Source of the DNA: Thermoanaerobaculia bacterium
GTDB lineage: Bacteria > Acidobacteriota > Thermoanaerobaculia > Gp7-AA8
Reading direction: 5' to 3'
Length of the DNA: 64,000 bases
NCBI GenBank assembly: GCA_038244715.1
Contig: JBBRTE010000014.1
Location: 61,775-125,774 of the forward strand
Shown: positions 9,572 to 18,055 of the stretch, one piece after another
Layout of the letters: each line of letters starts with the position of its first letter
Numbering within the stretch: the first letter of the stretch is position 1
Made by a program: the position numbers and the translations under genes
Notes under the pieces: generated by a model
Told to the model about the DNA's origin: nothing
The model's input: only the letters and a program-made list of their open reading frames with translations
Database searches by the model: none

Positions 9572-10117
9572 TTACTGCCGGTACGGCAACAGCGTGATCC
9601 TTCCGGCCGCCCAGGTGTCGCCATGTGGAGAGAGCGGCAACCAGTACCAGCTCGGTGACTCATCGGCGAGGGCCACTCGCGCGAAAATGCCGGCGGCGTT
9701 TCGCGTGAATGGATTCATGATCGGCGGAGAGAGCTCGAGGGTCAGCGTGTCGATGTACTTCGAGCGGCTGCCGGCTGCGACACCGCGCCAGGCGCAGCCC
9801 GGTGGAATGGCGATCGGGATCTCCGACGCATCGGCGGTCGCCGCAGCGGCCGCGCGTGCCGGATCCATCGGCCCGTGGTAGAAAAAAGAGTCCGAGAGGG
9901 CCTGCATCGCGGTCGGCGTGATCAGGAGCGGCTGCGCGGTCTTGACGACGTTCACAGTCGTCGAGCTCGAGATGCCTTCATCCCGAAAGCTGGAGCAGAA
10001 GGCGTCGAGAACCGAGGCCGGCATCGACGACCATTGCGGCATACGAGGGGGGGGAGGCGCTTTTGCCGCGGTCGCGCAACCGGTCAGCAACAGGAGTACG
10101 ACAACGATCCGGCGCAT
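9572..10117 (-). CDS. Hypothetical lipoprotein
   Basis: LLLTGC lipobox; start overlaps the helicase stop. Confidence 0.7.
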   Translation of the reverse strand: MRRIVVVLLLLTGCATAAKAPPPPRMPQWSSMPASVLDAFCSSFRDEGISSSTTVNVVKTAQPLLITPTAMQALSDSFFYHGPMDPARAAAAATADASEIPIAIPPGCAWRGVAAGSRSKYIDTLTLELSPPIMNPFTRNAAGIFARVALADESPSWYWLPLSPHGDTWAAGRITLLPYRQ

Positions 10118-12555
10118 CACACGAGCCTCAGTTGTGGCGTCATTTTGGCCTCGAAAAACGCGCGGATCTCGCTGGCTGGTTTCTTCGAGATCAGTTCGCG
10201 CGGTGACAGTTCATACCAGTCGGTTGGAAAGAACTGCGTATATGGCTGCTGCGTGAATCGCCGGCAGAGAAGGGCGATGATGCCGATGTCGGTCTCGCTG
10301 CGGATGACGCGTCCCGCCGACTGCACGACCCGCGTCATCCCGGGGATCAGGTACGCGAACTCGAATCCCGATCCGTACTGCTCGTCGTAGTACTCGCGCA
10401 GCAACTCCTGCTCGAAGCTCACCTGAGGCAGCGCGGGACCGATGACCATTACGCCCGAAAGCATGTCTCCACGATAGTCGATCCCCTCTGCGTACATGCC
10501 GCCGGAGACGGCCATGATCAAGTTGCCGCGTCGCGATGGTTCACGCAGGATGTCGAGCATGGCGTTGCGCTCGTAATCGGTCATGTCCGTGCGCTGCACC
10601 ATCACGTGTTTGTGAATGGGCGGCATGCGGTCGGAGATCTCGCGCAGAAACGCATAGCTTGGAAAGAGCGCCAGGAAGTTCCCGTCGCCCGCTTCAGAGA
10701 TCGACGCGACGTTGTCCGCGATCCGGTCATACGACTCCGCCCGTTTCTTGTACGACGTGTCGACCTCGGAGATGACGACGATCTTGCGGTTGCCGCGCGG
10801 GAACGGCGAAGGGAGCGACAGCTCGGTGGTGCGGTCGGAGGGAAAGCCGAGGAGCTTGCGATAGAAATCGAACGGTTCGAGAGTGGCGGAGAGCGCCACG
10901 GTGGCGTGGGCCGAGTCGAAGATCCTGCCGAGGAAGCGCGAAGGGTCTTTGCAGAAAATCTTGAACTTCAAGCCTTCCGGTGTTCGCTCGATCAGGTGCG
11001 CGAACTCGTCGCCCTTTTCCGTCATCAGGTTGGCGACCTTCACGAGCCGGAAGTAGAAATCGATCAACGGGTCATCCGTCTCGACGATGCGGTTCTCGAT
11101 CTTCCAGCCGATGTAGTGCATGACCAGCCGTTCCCACTCGGTCCGCTGTTCGATGAACAACTGGCGGTCAGGCTCACAGATCGCCTGCTTGACGCCTGGA
11201 TCTTCGCCGAACGCCTCGGCCAGGTAGTTGTAGTGATCGCGAAGCTGTTCCAGCAACTCCTCCGCGCCGTCGAGCCAGCAGTTGCGCGAGGCCAGGTGAT
11301 TGCGAATCCGGTCGAACAATTCCTCGTGCAGTTCCGGCGAGTAGTACCCGCGGCCGCGCTCGACGAGGTTGTGCGCTTCATCGACGACCAGGACGCAGTC
11401 GCCGTAGTCGTTCTCCTGCTGGTAGGCCTTGAGACCGACATACGGGTCGAAGATGTAGTTGTAGTCACAAACCACGACGTCGGCCTGTTCGATGAGCTCG
11501 AGCGAGACCTCGAAGGGGCAGACCTCGTTGGACTTCGCCATCTCGAACGTGAGCGCAGGATCGAAGTAGCTCATCGACGTCACGAGATGATTGAGGAGAT
11601 CGGTGCGTTGCATCTTCTCGGAGTAGCGCGCCGCGTAGGGACAGAAATCTTCGTGGCAGATGATCTCGGTATGGGCGCACATCTTCTGCTTGGCGCGGAT
11701 GCGCAGCACGCGAAACGAGCCGTCGTTGAGGAGGCCGAGGGCCTCGACGGCGGCGTCCTGCTGCATCGTTTTGGAGGTCAGATAAAAGAGTTTCTTTCCG
11801 AGCTTGAGCGCCTGCTTCACCGCCGGGTATAGGACGGCCATCGTCTTTCCGATTCCGGTCGGTGCGGAGACGAGCAATGCCTCGCGTTGATAGATGGTGC
11901 GAGCGACGGAAGAGACGATCTCCTCCTGCCCGGGCCGCATCCCTCCGAACGGAAAGGACAGCGTGTCGGCAAACGCGCGCTTGGCAACGCGCAAGGCTGC
12001 GGCGGTCTCGAGATCGGTGATGAGCCGTTCCAGCCGGTCATTGAGCGTCTCGATGATGCGATCGCGGTCGAATTCCGCATCGATGGTCTTCGTGTCGCCG
12101 GAGATCAGGTCGATGAGGACGAGTTGCGGCAGGAAGACGAAGCCGTCGAAGTCCGGCTGCCCGGAGAGGAAGTACGAGTAGAGAAGGAGTTGCAGCAGGT
12201 GGCGTTGCAGTTTGTCTGAGCGGTAGAGCGCTTCCAGCTCGAGGTCGAAGTGGATCGACTTCACCTCTTCGACGACGACGCGTTTCTCCGCTTTGTCGAC
12301 GGAGAGGCCGTCGATGCGTCCCGTGATCGTGACGGTCCAGGGTCCGAGCTGGGTCCGGTGAACGACGTGGACTTCGGCGCGATAATTCGCATCCTCGCCC
12401 GTCCGGAACTCGGCCCGTTTCGTGTGGATGTCCTGACCGATCCACATCCGCCGGAATCCGTCGCCGCGCTCCACTCCGATCCGGCGGTACGTCGACTCAT
12501 GAACGAGATCGCCGACCGAACAGACGATCTCCCTCTTTTCGTGATCGACGCGCAT
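10117..12555 (-). CDS. DinG/Rad3(XPD)-family Fe-S ATP-dependent DNA helicase with an N-terminal PD-(D/E)xK nuclease-like domain
   Basis: APTGIGKT, DEAHN, SATL, QSAGRVIRS; four Cys (MC...IC...FCPY...VCPFE); GRIDG...EEVKS. Confidence 0.88.
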   Translation of the reverse strand: MRVDHEKREIVCSVGDLVHESTYRRIGVERGDGFRRMWIGQDIHTKRAEFRTGEDANYRAEVHVVHRTQLGPWTVTITGRIDGLSVDKAEKRVVVEEVKSIHFDLELEALYRSDKLQRHLLQLLLYSYFLSGQPDFDGFVFLPQLVLIDLISGDTKTIDAEFDRDRIIETLNDRLERLITDLETAAALRVAKRAFADTLSFPFGGMRPGQEEIVSSVARTIYQREALLVSAPTGIGKTMAVLYPAVKQALKLGKKLFYLTSKTMQQDAAVEALGLLNDGSFRVLRIRAKQKMCAHTEIICHEDFCPYAARYSEKMQRTDLLNHLVTSMSYFDPALTFEMAKSNEVCPFEVSLELIEQADVVVCDYNYIFDPYVGLKAYQQENDYGDCVLVVDEAHNLVERGRGYYSPELHEELFDRIRNHLASRNCWLDGAEELLEQLRDHYNYLAEAFGEDPGVKQAICEPDRQLFIEQRTEWERLVMHYIGWKIENRIVETDDPLIDFYFRLVKVANLMTEKGDEFAHLIERTPEGLKFKIFCKDPSRFLGRIFDSAHATVALSATLEPFDFYRKLLGFPSDRTTELSLPSPFPRGNRKIVVISEVDTSYKKRAESYDRIADNVASISEAGDGNFLALFPSYAFLREISDRMPPIHKHVMVQRTDMTDYERNAMLDILREPSRRGNLIMAVSGGMYAEGIDYRGDMLSGVMVIGPALPQVSFEQELLREYYDEQYGSGFEFAYLIPGMTRVVQSAGRVIRSETDIGIIALLCRRFTQQPYTQFFPTDWYELSPRELISKKPASEIRAFFEAKMTPQLRLV

Positions 12556-12577
12556 TCGGTTATTGATGGTAACAGGA

Positions 12578-12706
12578 GTGTGGTTGTGTCGTTATGCGGT
12601 CGTGGGGTTGCTCGATTTCGTGGCCCGCGGCTCGCTGGCGCACGTTTTCAACCTTGTAAGCGCGACAACTCCAGACCCAGCAAACCGGAAACCGCGAAAC
12701 CCCGAA
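12578..12706. repeat. Degenerate octamer tandem repeats in inverted arrangement
   Basis: GTGTGGTT GTGTCGTT ATGCGGTC GTGGGGTT GCTCGATT ... AACCGGA AACCGCGA AACCCCGA. Confidence 0.55.
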
Positions 12707-15040
12707 CTACAGCTTCTCCACCACCGCGCCCAGCACGAACGTCGCGTAGTGCTCGCGGAAATCGGCGAAAGCAATCGGAGTCGCGGGGGCCCGCTCGGAA
12801 AGGCGGTTGTAGAGGTCGCGCACGGTGTCGCGCCGCTCAGTGAGCATGTCAGCCGTGAGCTCGCCCTTGAGCGCGAACAGGCGGATGAAGTCGCTTCTCG
12901 GAAAGTGAAGGGGACGCCGCAGATCGTCCGTCCGTGGATTCCACTCTCCGATGACCACGTCGTTCTCGCTCCCGTCGGGCTCGTAGTGGAGACACACCAC
13001 CAGCTCCGGTTCGATGACCTGTTCGCTGGTCGTGGTGTCATTCACTTCCGTCGTCGCCGCCAGCAGGGCGGTGGGCGTGCGGTCCTGATGAAACTCCTGC
13101 CGGATCGCGCGCACGAGGGGATCCGCGCCGTCAAGGGGACTCGCTTCGACTTCGCCCGGCGCGAAGGGAACGATCTCGCAGACGTCGATCTCGTCCAGTC
13201 CCTTCAAGGACACATTGCCGATGAGCCGCACTCCGACGTACTCCAACCCCGTCAGCGACGGTGCGAAGCCGATGTAGGTGGCCCAGGGAGCACGCAGGCG
13301 ATGCAACAACTGTCCTTCCGCCATGAGCTCGTTGGACAGCTCCTGCAGCAACGCCATCGACGAGACGATGCCCTCGTTGACGAGATGGCCGTTGTGGTTC
13401 ACGTACGAGTAAAACTCGCGTGCGTGCTGTGCGTGGTCGATGACGTCGACCCCACGCTCGAGCGGTGCGAAGAACGCCTGCACTTTCCCCGGTTCGTATC
13501 CGTGCGTCAGGAGGAACGAAGCGAACTCCTCGATCTCGCGGTTTGCCTTCCCGGTCGTCAGCCGTGACAGCTCGACAATTCCGGGCCCGTAGAACTCGGT
13601 GATCCGTTCGTTGGCGGTGCCCTTCATCGGCAGCAAACGGTAGTAGCCGAAGTTGAGCGCGATGCGCAGTCCTTTGTTGAACGCGAAGCCTTTGCGGCGG
13701 ACTTCCGAATAGCAGCGCTGGATCTCGACGGCGGCGCGGACGAGGCGCAGCGCGCGCCGCGTCGTGTAGAACGCGCCGTCGCCGAGGAACTTTTCGAATT
13801 GCAGGAGGTGGCGGGTGACGATGGATTCGAGCCGTCGCTGGAACAACAGCATCTGTCGGTACGAACTGATCTCCTCCCGCCGTCCGCCACGCCGGATGTT
13901 GCCCAGGGTCTCGGTGAAGCTCGAGATGTCGTAGATGAGTCCGAAGCGATGGACCATCGGGTCGAGCACGCCGGGGCGGCCGAAGTCCATCGGACGGGTC
14001 GATCGCGAGTAAACGGTAGCCCGCTTGTCGATCGAGACGATCTGGTCGTCGCTGGTCACGGTCATCATGGTGATGCCCCGCCGCAGCTGGTTGAGGATGG
14101 CAAACTCCCGCAGCCGCCGTGCGATGAGCTGGAACTGTTCGCGATCCTCGCGCGTGATCGCCGACTGGATGGCATTCTGCTCAAACAGAAAATTCTGAAA
14201 CCGCGTGTCGAGCAACAACGCGATGGGGACGTTTTGCTCGATCGCCACACCGAAGAGCGGGAGAGCGGCGCGAAACGTCCGGTCGCGCTGCAGAAGATCG
14301 AGCGTGACCTCCCGCATCCGTTCCATCGAATCGCGGAACGCCTGAAAGTCGCGGCGCAGATAGCCCGTGACGAAGGACCGCAACTCCCGCAGATCGGGTC
14401 CGATAAACTCCTCGGTCAGGATGAGGACGTCGTCGGCGAGCAGCCGGAAGAACTGCAGGCCTCGCTGCTCCTCGCCGTCGAGGATCGAGGAGACCTTCGC
14501 CGATAGCTGCGCCATCGCTTCGCGCGTGTCGGCGGCCCACTTGGCGAAGATCCGATACTTGAACGCGTCTCCCTGCGTCCGGCCCAGTTGCGTGTCGAAC
14601 GCGCTCACGCGGCGTGGAATCGAGGAGAGCTGCCGGGACAGGTCGAACGAATGCGCGAGCCAGAAGATCGCGTGATAGTCGCTGAGCAGGTTCGACATCA
14701 GCGCGTTCTCGACCAGCCGCATCAGCGCGGCCATGTAGGCCGAGTTCGAGATCTGCGCGCGTTCCTTCGCCGGCTGCTGGCGTCCCGCCTGCCACGCCAC
14801 TTCCTCCGAAAGCCAGCGGTCCAGTTTGGCGTCCAGCTCCCGCAGCACGGGAGCATCGGCGACCGGAAAGCCGATCCCCGGCGCCTGCGTTTCGTCCGCC
14901 GGAAAGATCTTGTACGGCTTCGGCAGCAGAGCTTCGGCGCGGGGAAAGATCTCCTCCACCGTCCTGCCCAACTCGCCGCTGAGGAGGAACAGGGCGGTAT
15001 CCGGCCGCGACTCGAGGTACGTCACGATGGAAGGCGTCAT
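12707..15040 (-). CDS. Large soluble protein with a divergent class III nucleotidyl cyclase domain
   Basis: YDISSFT, EKFLGDG, GLRIALNFG, YGPGIVELSRL, SLKGLDEI; ATG at 15040 chosen as start. Confidence 0.7.
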   Translation of the reverse strand: MTPSIVTYLESRPDTALFLLSGELGRTVEEIFPRAEALLPKPYKIFPADETQAPGIGFPVADAPVLRELDAKLDRWLSEEVAWQAGRQQPAKERAQISNSAYMAALMRLVENALMSNLLSDYHAIFWLAHSFDLSRQLSSIPRRVSAFDTQLGRTQGDAFKYRIFAKWAADTREAMAQLSAKVSSILDGEEQRGLQFFRLLADDVLILTEEFIGPDLRELRSFVTGYLRRDFQAFRDSMERMREVTLDLLQRDRTFRAALPLFGVAIEQNVPIALLLDTRFQNFLFEQNAIQSAITREDREQFQLIARRLREFAILNQLRRGITMMTVTSDDQIVSIDKRATVYSRSTRPMDFGRPGVLDPMVHRFGLIYDISSFTETLGNIRRGGRREEISSYRQMLLFQRRLESIVTRHLLQFEKFLGDGAFYTTRRALRLVRAAVEIQRCYSEVRRKGFAFNKGLRIALNFGYYRLLPMKGTANERITEFYGPGIVELSRLTTGKANREIEEFASFLLTHGYEPGKVQAFFAPLERGVDVIDHAQHAREFYSYVNHNGHLVNEGIVSSMALLQELSNELMAEGQLLHRLRAPWATYIGFAPSLTGLEYVGVRLIGNVSLKGLDEIDVCEIVPFAPGEVEASPLDGADPLVRAIRQEFHQDRTPTALLAATTEVNDTTTSEQVIEPELVVCLHYEPDGSENDVVIGEWNPRTDDLRRPLHFPRSDFIRLFALKGELTADMLTERRDTVRDLYNRLSERAPATPIAFADFREHYATFVLGAVVEKL

Positions 15041-15155
15041 CAGGAAATGCGGATTATGGACGAATTGACGGCGCGCGAGAAGCGAGCGCGAGCAGAGACC
15101 CGCTCCGTCGACGGACCATTCGCCGTTCAGGAGCCCGTCGACTAAACTTACAACG

Positions 15156-15893
15156 ATGTCCGCCCTTCTTCCCGCCACGTGCTCCCGCTGCAACGGTTCC
15201 GGCTGGGTTCCACTGCCCGGCGACTCCCTGCGAGTCGAGCCGTGCGGATGTCAGGGCGATCTCCGCCGGCGGCAGCGCATCGCGGCGTCGAACATCCCGC
15301 GACGGTATTACCCGCACTGCTCGCTGGAGACGTTCTACGACAAGAACAACGCGGTCCTGAAGTCGGCGCGCAACCGCGTGCGCGAATTCGTGGATGCCTG
15401 GCCGATGACGATCGACGGCCGCGGTCTCCTGCTCATGGGCGGCTGTGGAGCAGGCAAGACACACCTGGCCGTGGCCGCGCTCGTCGAGATCATCCACAGC
15501 GGCAAGCCCGGGCGGGTGCTCTTCTGCAATTTTCAGGACCTCATTCAGGAGATCCAGGCCAGCTTCGACGCCGATGCGGCGGTCAGCAAGTCAGAGATCC
15601 TGCGCCCGTTGCTCGAGGTGGACCTGCTCGTGCTCGACGAGCTCGGATCTCAGAAGCCGACGCAATTCGTGCAGGACGTTCTCTACTACGTGATCAACAG
15701 CCGCTACAACACGGAGAGGACCACGATCTTCACGACCAACTACTACGACGATTCGAGCGTGGACGGGCAACGGCTGCAGGACCGCGTGGGCGACCGCCTG
15801 CGCAGCCGCCTGCATGAGATGACCGAACTGATCTCGATGAAGGGCATCCCCGACCACCGCATCGCCAACAAGCAGAGCCGCAACATCCTTTGA
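15156..15893 (+). CDS. DnaC/IstB-like AAA+ ATPase with an N-terminal Zn-binding motif
   Basis: CSRCNGSG...PCGC, GGCGAGKTHLA, LLVLDELG, TIFTTN, RLRSRL. Confidence 0.85.
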   Translation: MSALLPATCSRCNGSGWVPLPGDSLRVEPCGCQGDLRRRQRIAASNIPRRYYPHCSLETFYDKNNAVLKSARNRVREFVDAWPMTIDGRGLLLMGGCGAGKTHLAVAALVEIIHSGKPGRVLFCNFQDLIQEIQASFDADAAVSKSEILRPLLEVDLLVLDELGSQKPTQFVQDVLYYVINSRYNTERTTIFTTNYYDDSSVDGQRLQDRVGDRLRSRLHEMTELISMKGIPDHRIANKQSRNIL

Positions 15894-16810
15894 AGCGCAA
15901 CATCAGTGAGGTCCTCCGCCGCGGGTTCGAGGCAACGGTCGCGAACTGGCCTGTCGTCGCACTGCGTGTCGCCGAAACCCTGGTGCTTGCGGGGATCATC
16001 ATCGTCTCGCTGGTCGCTGCCGTCGTTCCCGCGATCGTTGCGGCGGGACTCTCGAAGGACGACATCCTCAACTCGGCGGATCCCGGTGGCGCGGTGATCA
16101 GCTGGATGGTCGGCCATCTCCTCTTGTTCGTCTGGATGCTCGCCCTGGCGTTCGTCGTCCTGGGCGTGTTGATGGCCCTGCACGCGTTCGTCGAGGGTGC
16201 CACGGCGCAGATCTTCGTCGACGCGGAGCGGGCCATGAAGGCCCGCAACGATCTGCGTGCATTCTCCATTGACCGCTGGATCGCCGGGGGCGTCGCATCG
16301 TGGTGGCGGATCTTCTGGATCTACAACCTGGCGTGGTCGGTAGGGTTGGCCATCGTCCTCGTACCCTTGGTGCTCACGATCGCCGGAATGCTGGTCATGT
16401 CCGACACGATGGGGAGAGTCGTGGTCGGATGCGCAGGCCTGGCCATGGCGGTGCTCGTGCTCATCCCGATCGCCATCGTCACCTCGATCTGGTGCACGAA
16501 GGCCGTCACGATCTGCGTGGCTCGCGCGATTCTGGCTCGCGAGGCACTGCGGCTGGCCTGGCGCGAAATCCGTCTGGACCTCGGGCGGCATCTCGCCATC
16601 GCCGTCATCACCTTCATCCTGTCCATGGCCCTGAACTCCGTGGTCTCAGGCTTCAGCATTCCCTTGACGTTCAACTCGCAGCACGTTCCGTCCGTGGCGT
16701 TGTTCTTCGCGCCCGTTCGGTTGATCGGCGGCGTCATTCAGGCGCTGGTCAGCGCGGCCATCGGCTCGTACCTCATCGCCTGTTTCGTGTCGATGACCGA
16801 GGAGCGCTGA
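15890..16810 (+). CDS. Hypothetical integral membrane protein
   Basis: About 6 hydrophobic segments; TTG start overlapping the previous stop. Confidence 0.7.
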   Translation: MKRNISEVLRRGFEATVANWPVVALRVAETLVLAGIIIVSLVAAVVPAIVAAGLSKDDILNSADPGGAVISWMVGHLLLFVWMLALAFVVLGVLMALHAFVEGATAQIFVDAERAMKARNDLRAFSIDRWIAGGVASWWRIFWIYNLAWSVGLAIVLVPLVLTIAGMLVMSDTMGRVVVGCAGLAMAVLVLIPIAIVTSIWCTKAVTICVARAILAREALRLAWREIRLDLGRHLAIAVITFILSMALNSVVSGFSIPLTFNSQHVPSVALFFAPVRLIGGVIQALVSAAIGSYLIACFVSMTEER

Positions 16811-18012
16811 TGGAGAAGTTCTTCTCGAAGGATGCGGGGAACTTCCGTCCCTCGGCGATCCGCGCCTTCGCCAGACTGATCAACGATCCGGCCATCATCT
16901 CCTTCGCCGGAGGAGTGCCGTCGCCGGAGACGTTTCCGGCGGAGCGGATTGCGGAGATCGCCGCGCGTGCGATCCTCGAGAAACGCTCTGTGGCACTGCA
17001 GTACGGCCCGACGCGCGGATTGCCCCGGCTGTGCGACTTCGTGGCAGGTGTATGCCGTTCGCGGGGCATCGACTGCAACGGCAGCGACGTCCTCCTGACC
17101 ACCGGTTCCCAGCAGGCCCTCGACCTGATCGCGCACACCCTGCTCGACCCGGGCGATGTCGTACTCGTCGAATTGCCGACGTACATCGGCGGGACGTCGT
17201 CGTTCTACGCCCGCAGTGCGGAGCTCTTTGGTGTGGCGCAGGACGACGACGGCATCATCCCGGCATCGCTCGAGGAAATGGCGGCGCGGACGAAGCCGAA
17301 GCTGCTCTACACAATCCCGAATTTTCAGAATCCCTCGGGCCGGCTGATGACGCAACAACGCCGCGCAGAGGTGCTGCGCATCGCGGCCGAGTACGATTTC
17401 CTGGTCATCGAGGACGATCCGTACGGCGAGCTGGTCTACGTGCGGGAGGCCGACACGCTGGCCATGAAGTCCCGCGACCACGAGGATCGCGTGATCTACC
17501 TCGGCTCCTTCAGCAAGATTCTCGCGCCGGGGTTGCGATGCGGGTGGATCGTCGCCTCGTCCGCGTTGCTGGCGAAGCTGGAGATTGCCAAACAGGCTGC
17601 GGATCTCTGTTCGGGGATGCTTGATCAAACGATCGTCGACGAGTTCACGGCTGCGGGCGAGCTTCCAGCACAGATCGACCGCGTGCGGTCGTTCTATCGC
17701 AAGAAGCGCGGAACGATGCTCGAGATGCTCGAGGAACACTTCAGCGCGCATGCGGCGTGGACTCCCGCCGATGGTGGTCTGTTCACCTTTGTCACCCTCC
17801 GCGATGAGATCGACGCCGCGGCGCTGGCCCCGGATGCGGTCGCTGCCGGAGTGGCCTACGTGCCGGGAGGCCCGTTCTTCGTCGACGGCAGCGGGCGCAA
17901 CACGATGCGGCTGACCTTCGCGAAGGAGAGTGATGATCGGATCCGGAACGGGATCAAGATCCTGGCGGGTGTGCTGTTCGGGTCGCCCGTCCAGGGTCAG
18001 GCTGAACGTTGA
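16810..18012 (+). CDS. PLP-dependent aminotransferase class I/II (LysN/MocR-type)
   Basis: ISFAGGVP, FQNPSG, IEDDPY, GSFSKILAPGLRCG. Confidence 0.92.
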   Translation: MEKFFSKDAGNFRPSAIRAFARLINDPAIISFAGGVPSPETFPAERIAEIAARAILEKRSVALQYGPTRGLPRLCDFVAGVCRSRGIDCNGSDVLLTTGSQQALDLIAHTLLDPGDVVLVELPTYIGGTSSFYARSAELFGVAQDDDGIIPASLEEMAARTKPKLLYTIPNFQNPSGRLMTQQRRAEVLRIAAEYDFLVIEDDPYGELVYVREADTLAMKSRDHEDRVIYLGSFSKILAPGLRCGWIVASSALLAKLEIAKQAADLCSGMLDQTIVDEFTAAGELPAQIDRVRSFYRKKRGTMLEMLEEHFSAHAAWTPADGGLFTFVTLRDEIDAAALAPDAVAAGVAYVPGGPFFVDGSGRNTMRLTFAKESDDRIRNGIKILAGVLFGSPVQGQAER

Positions 18013-18055
18013 AAGGGAACCCTTGCGGGTCTTTTCTTGCAGGAAGGCTCAAACG

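Noticed and set aside
12707-15040. Pycsar/CBASS-type defence system
   Set aside because: No adjacent TIR, TM, CNBD or nuclease effector gene coupled to the cyclase, and no defence-island context.
15056-15145. 29-codon ORF MDELTAREKRARAETRSVDGPFAVQEPVD
   Set aside because: No RBS or motif, and it overlaps the predicted divergent promoters of the cyclase and the ATPase.
15156-15893. IS21 element suggested by the IstB-like ATPase
   Set aside because: No IstA/DDE transposase, terminal inverted repeats or target duplication; the gene is coupled to housekeeping genes.
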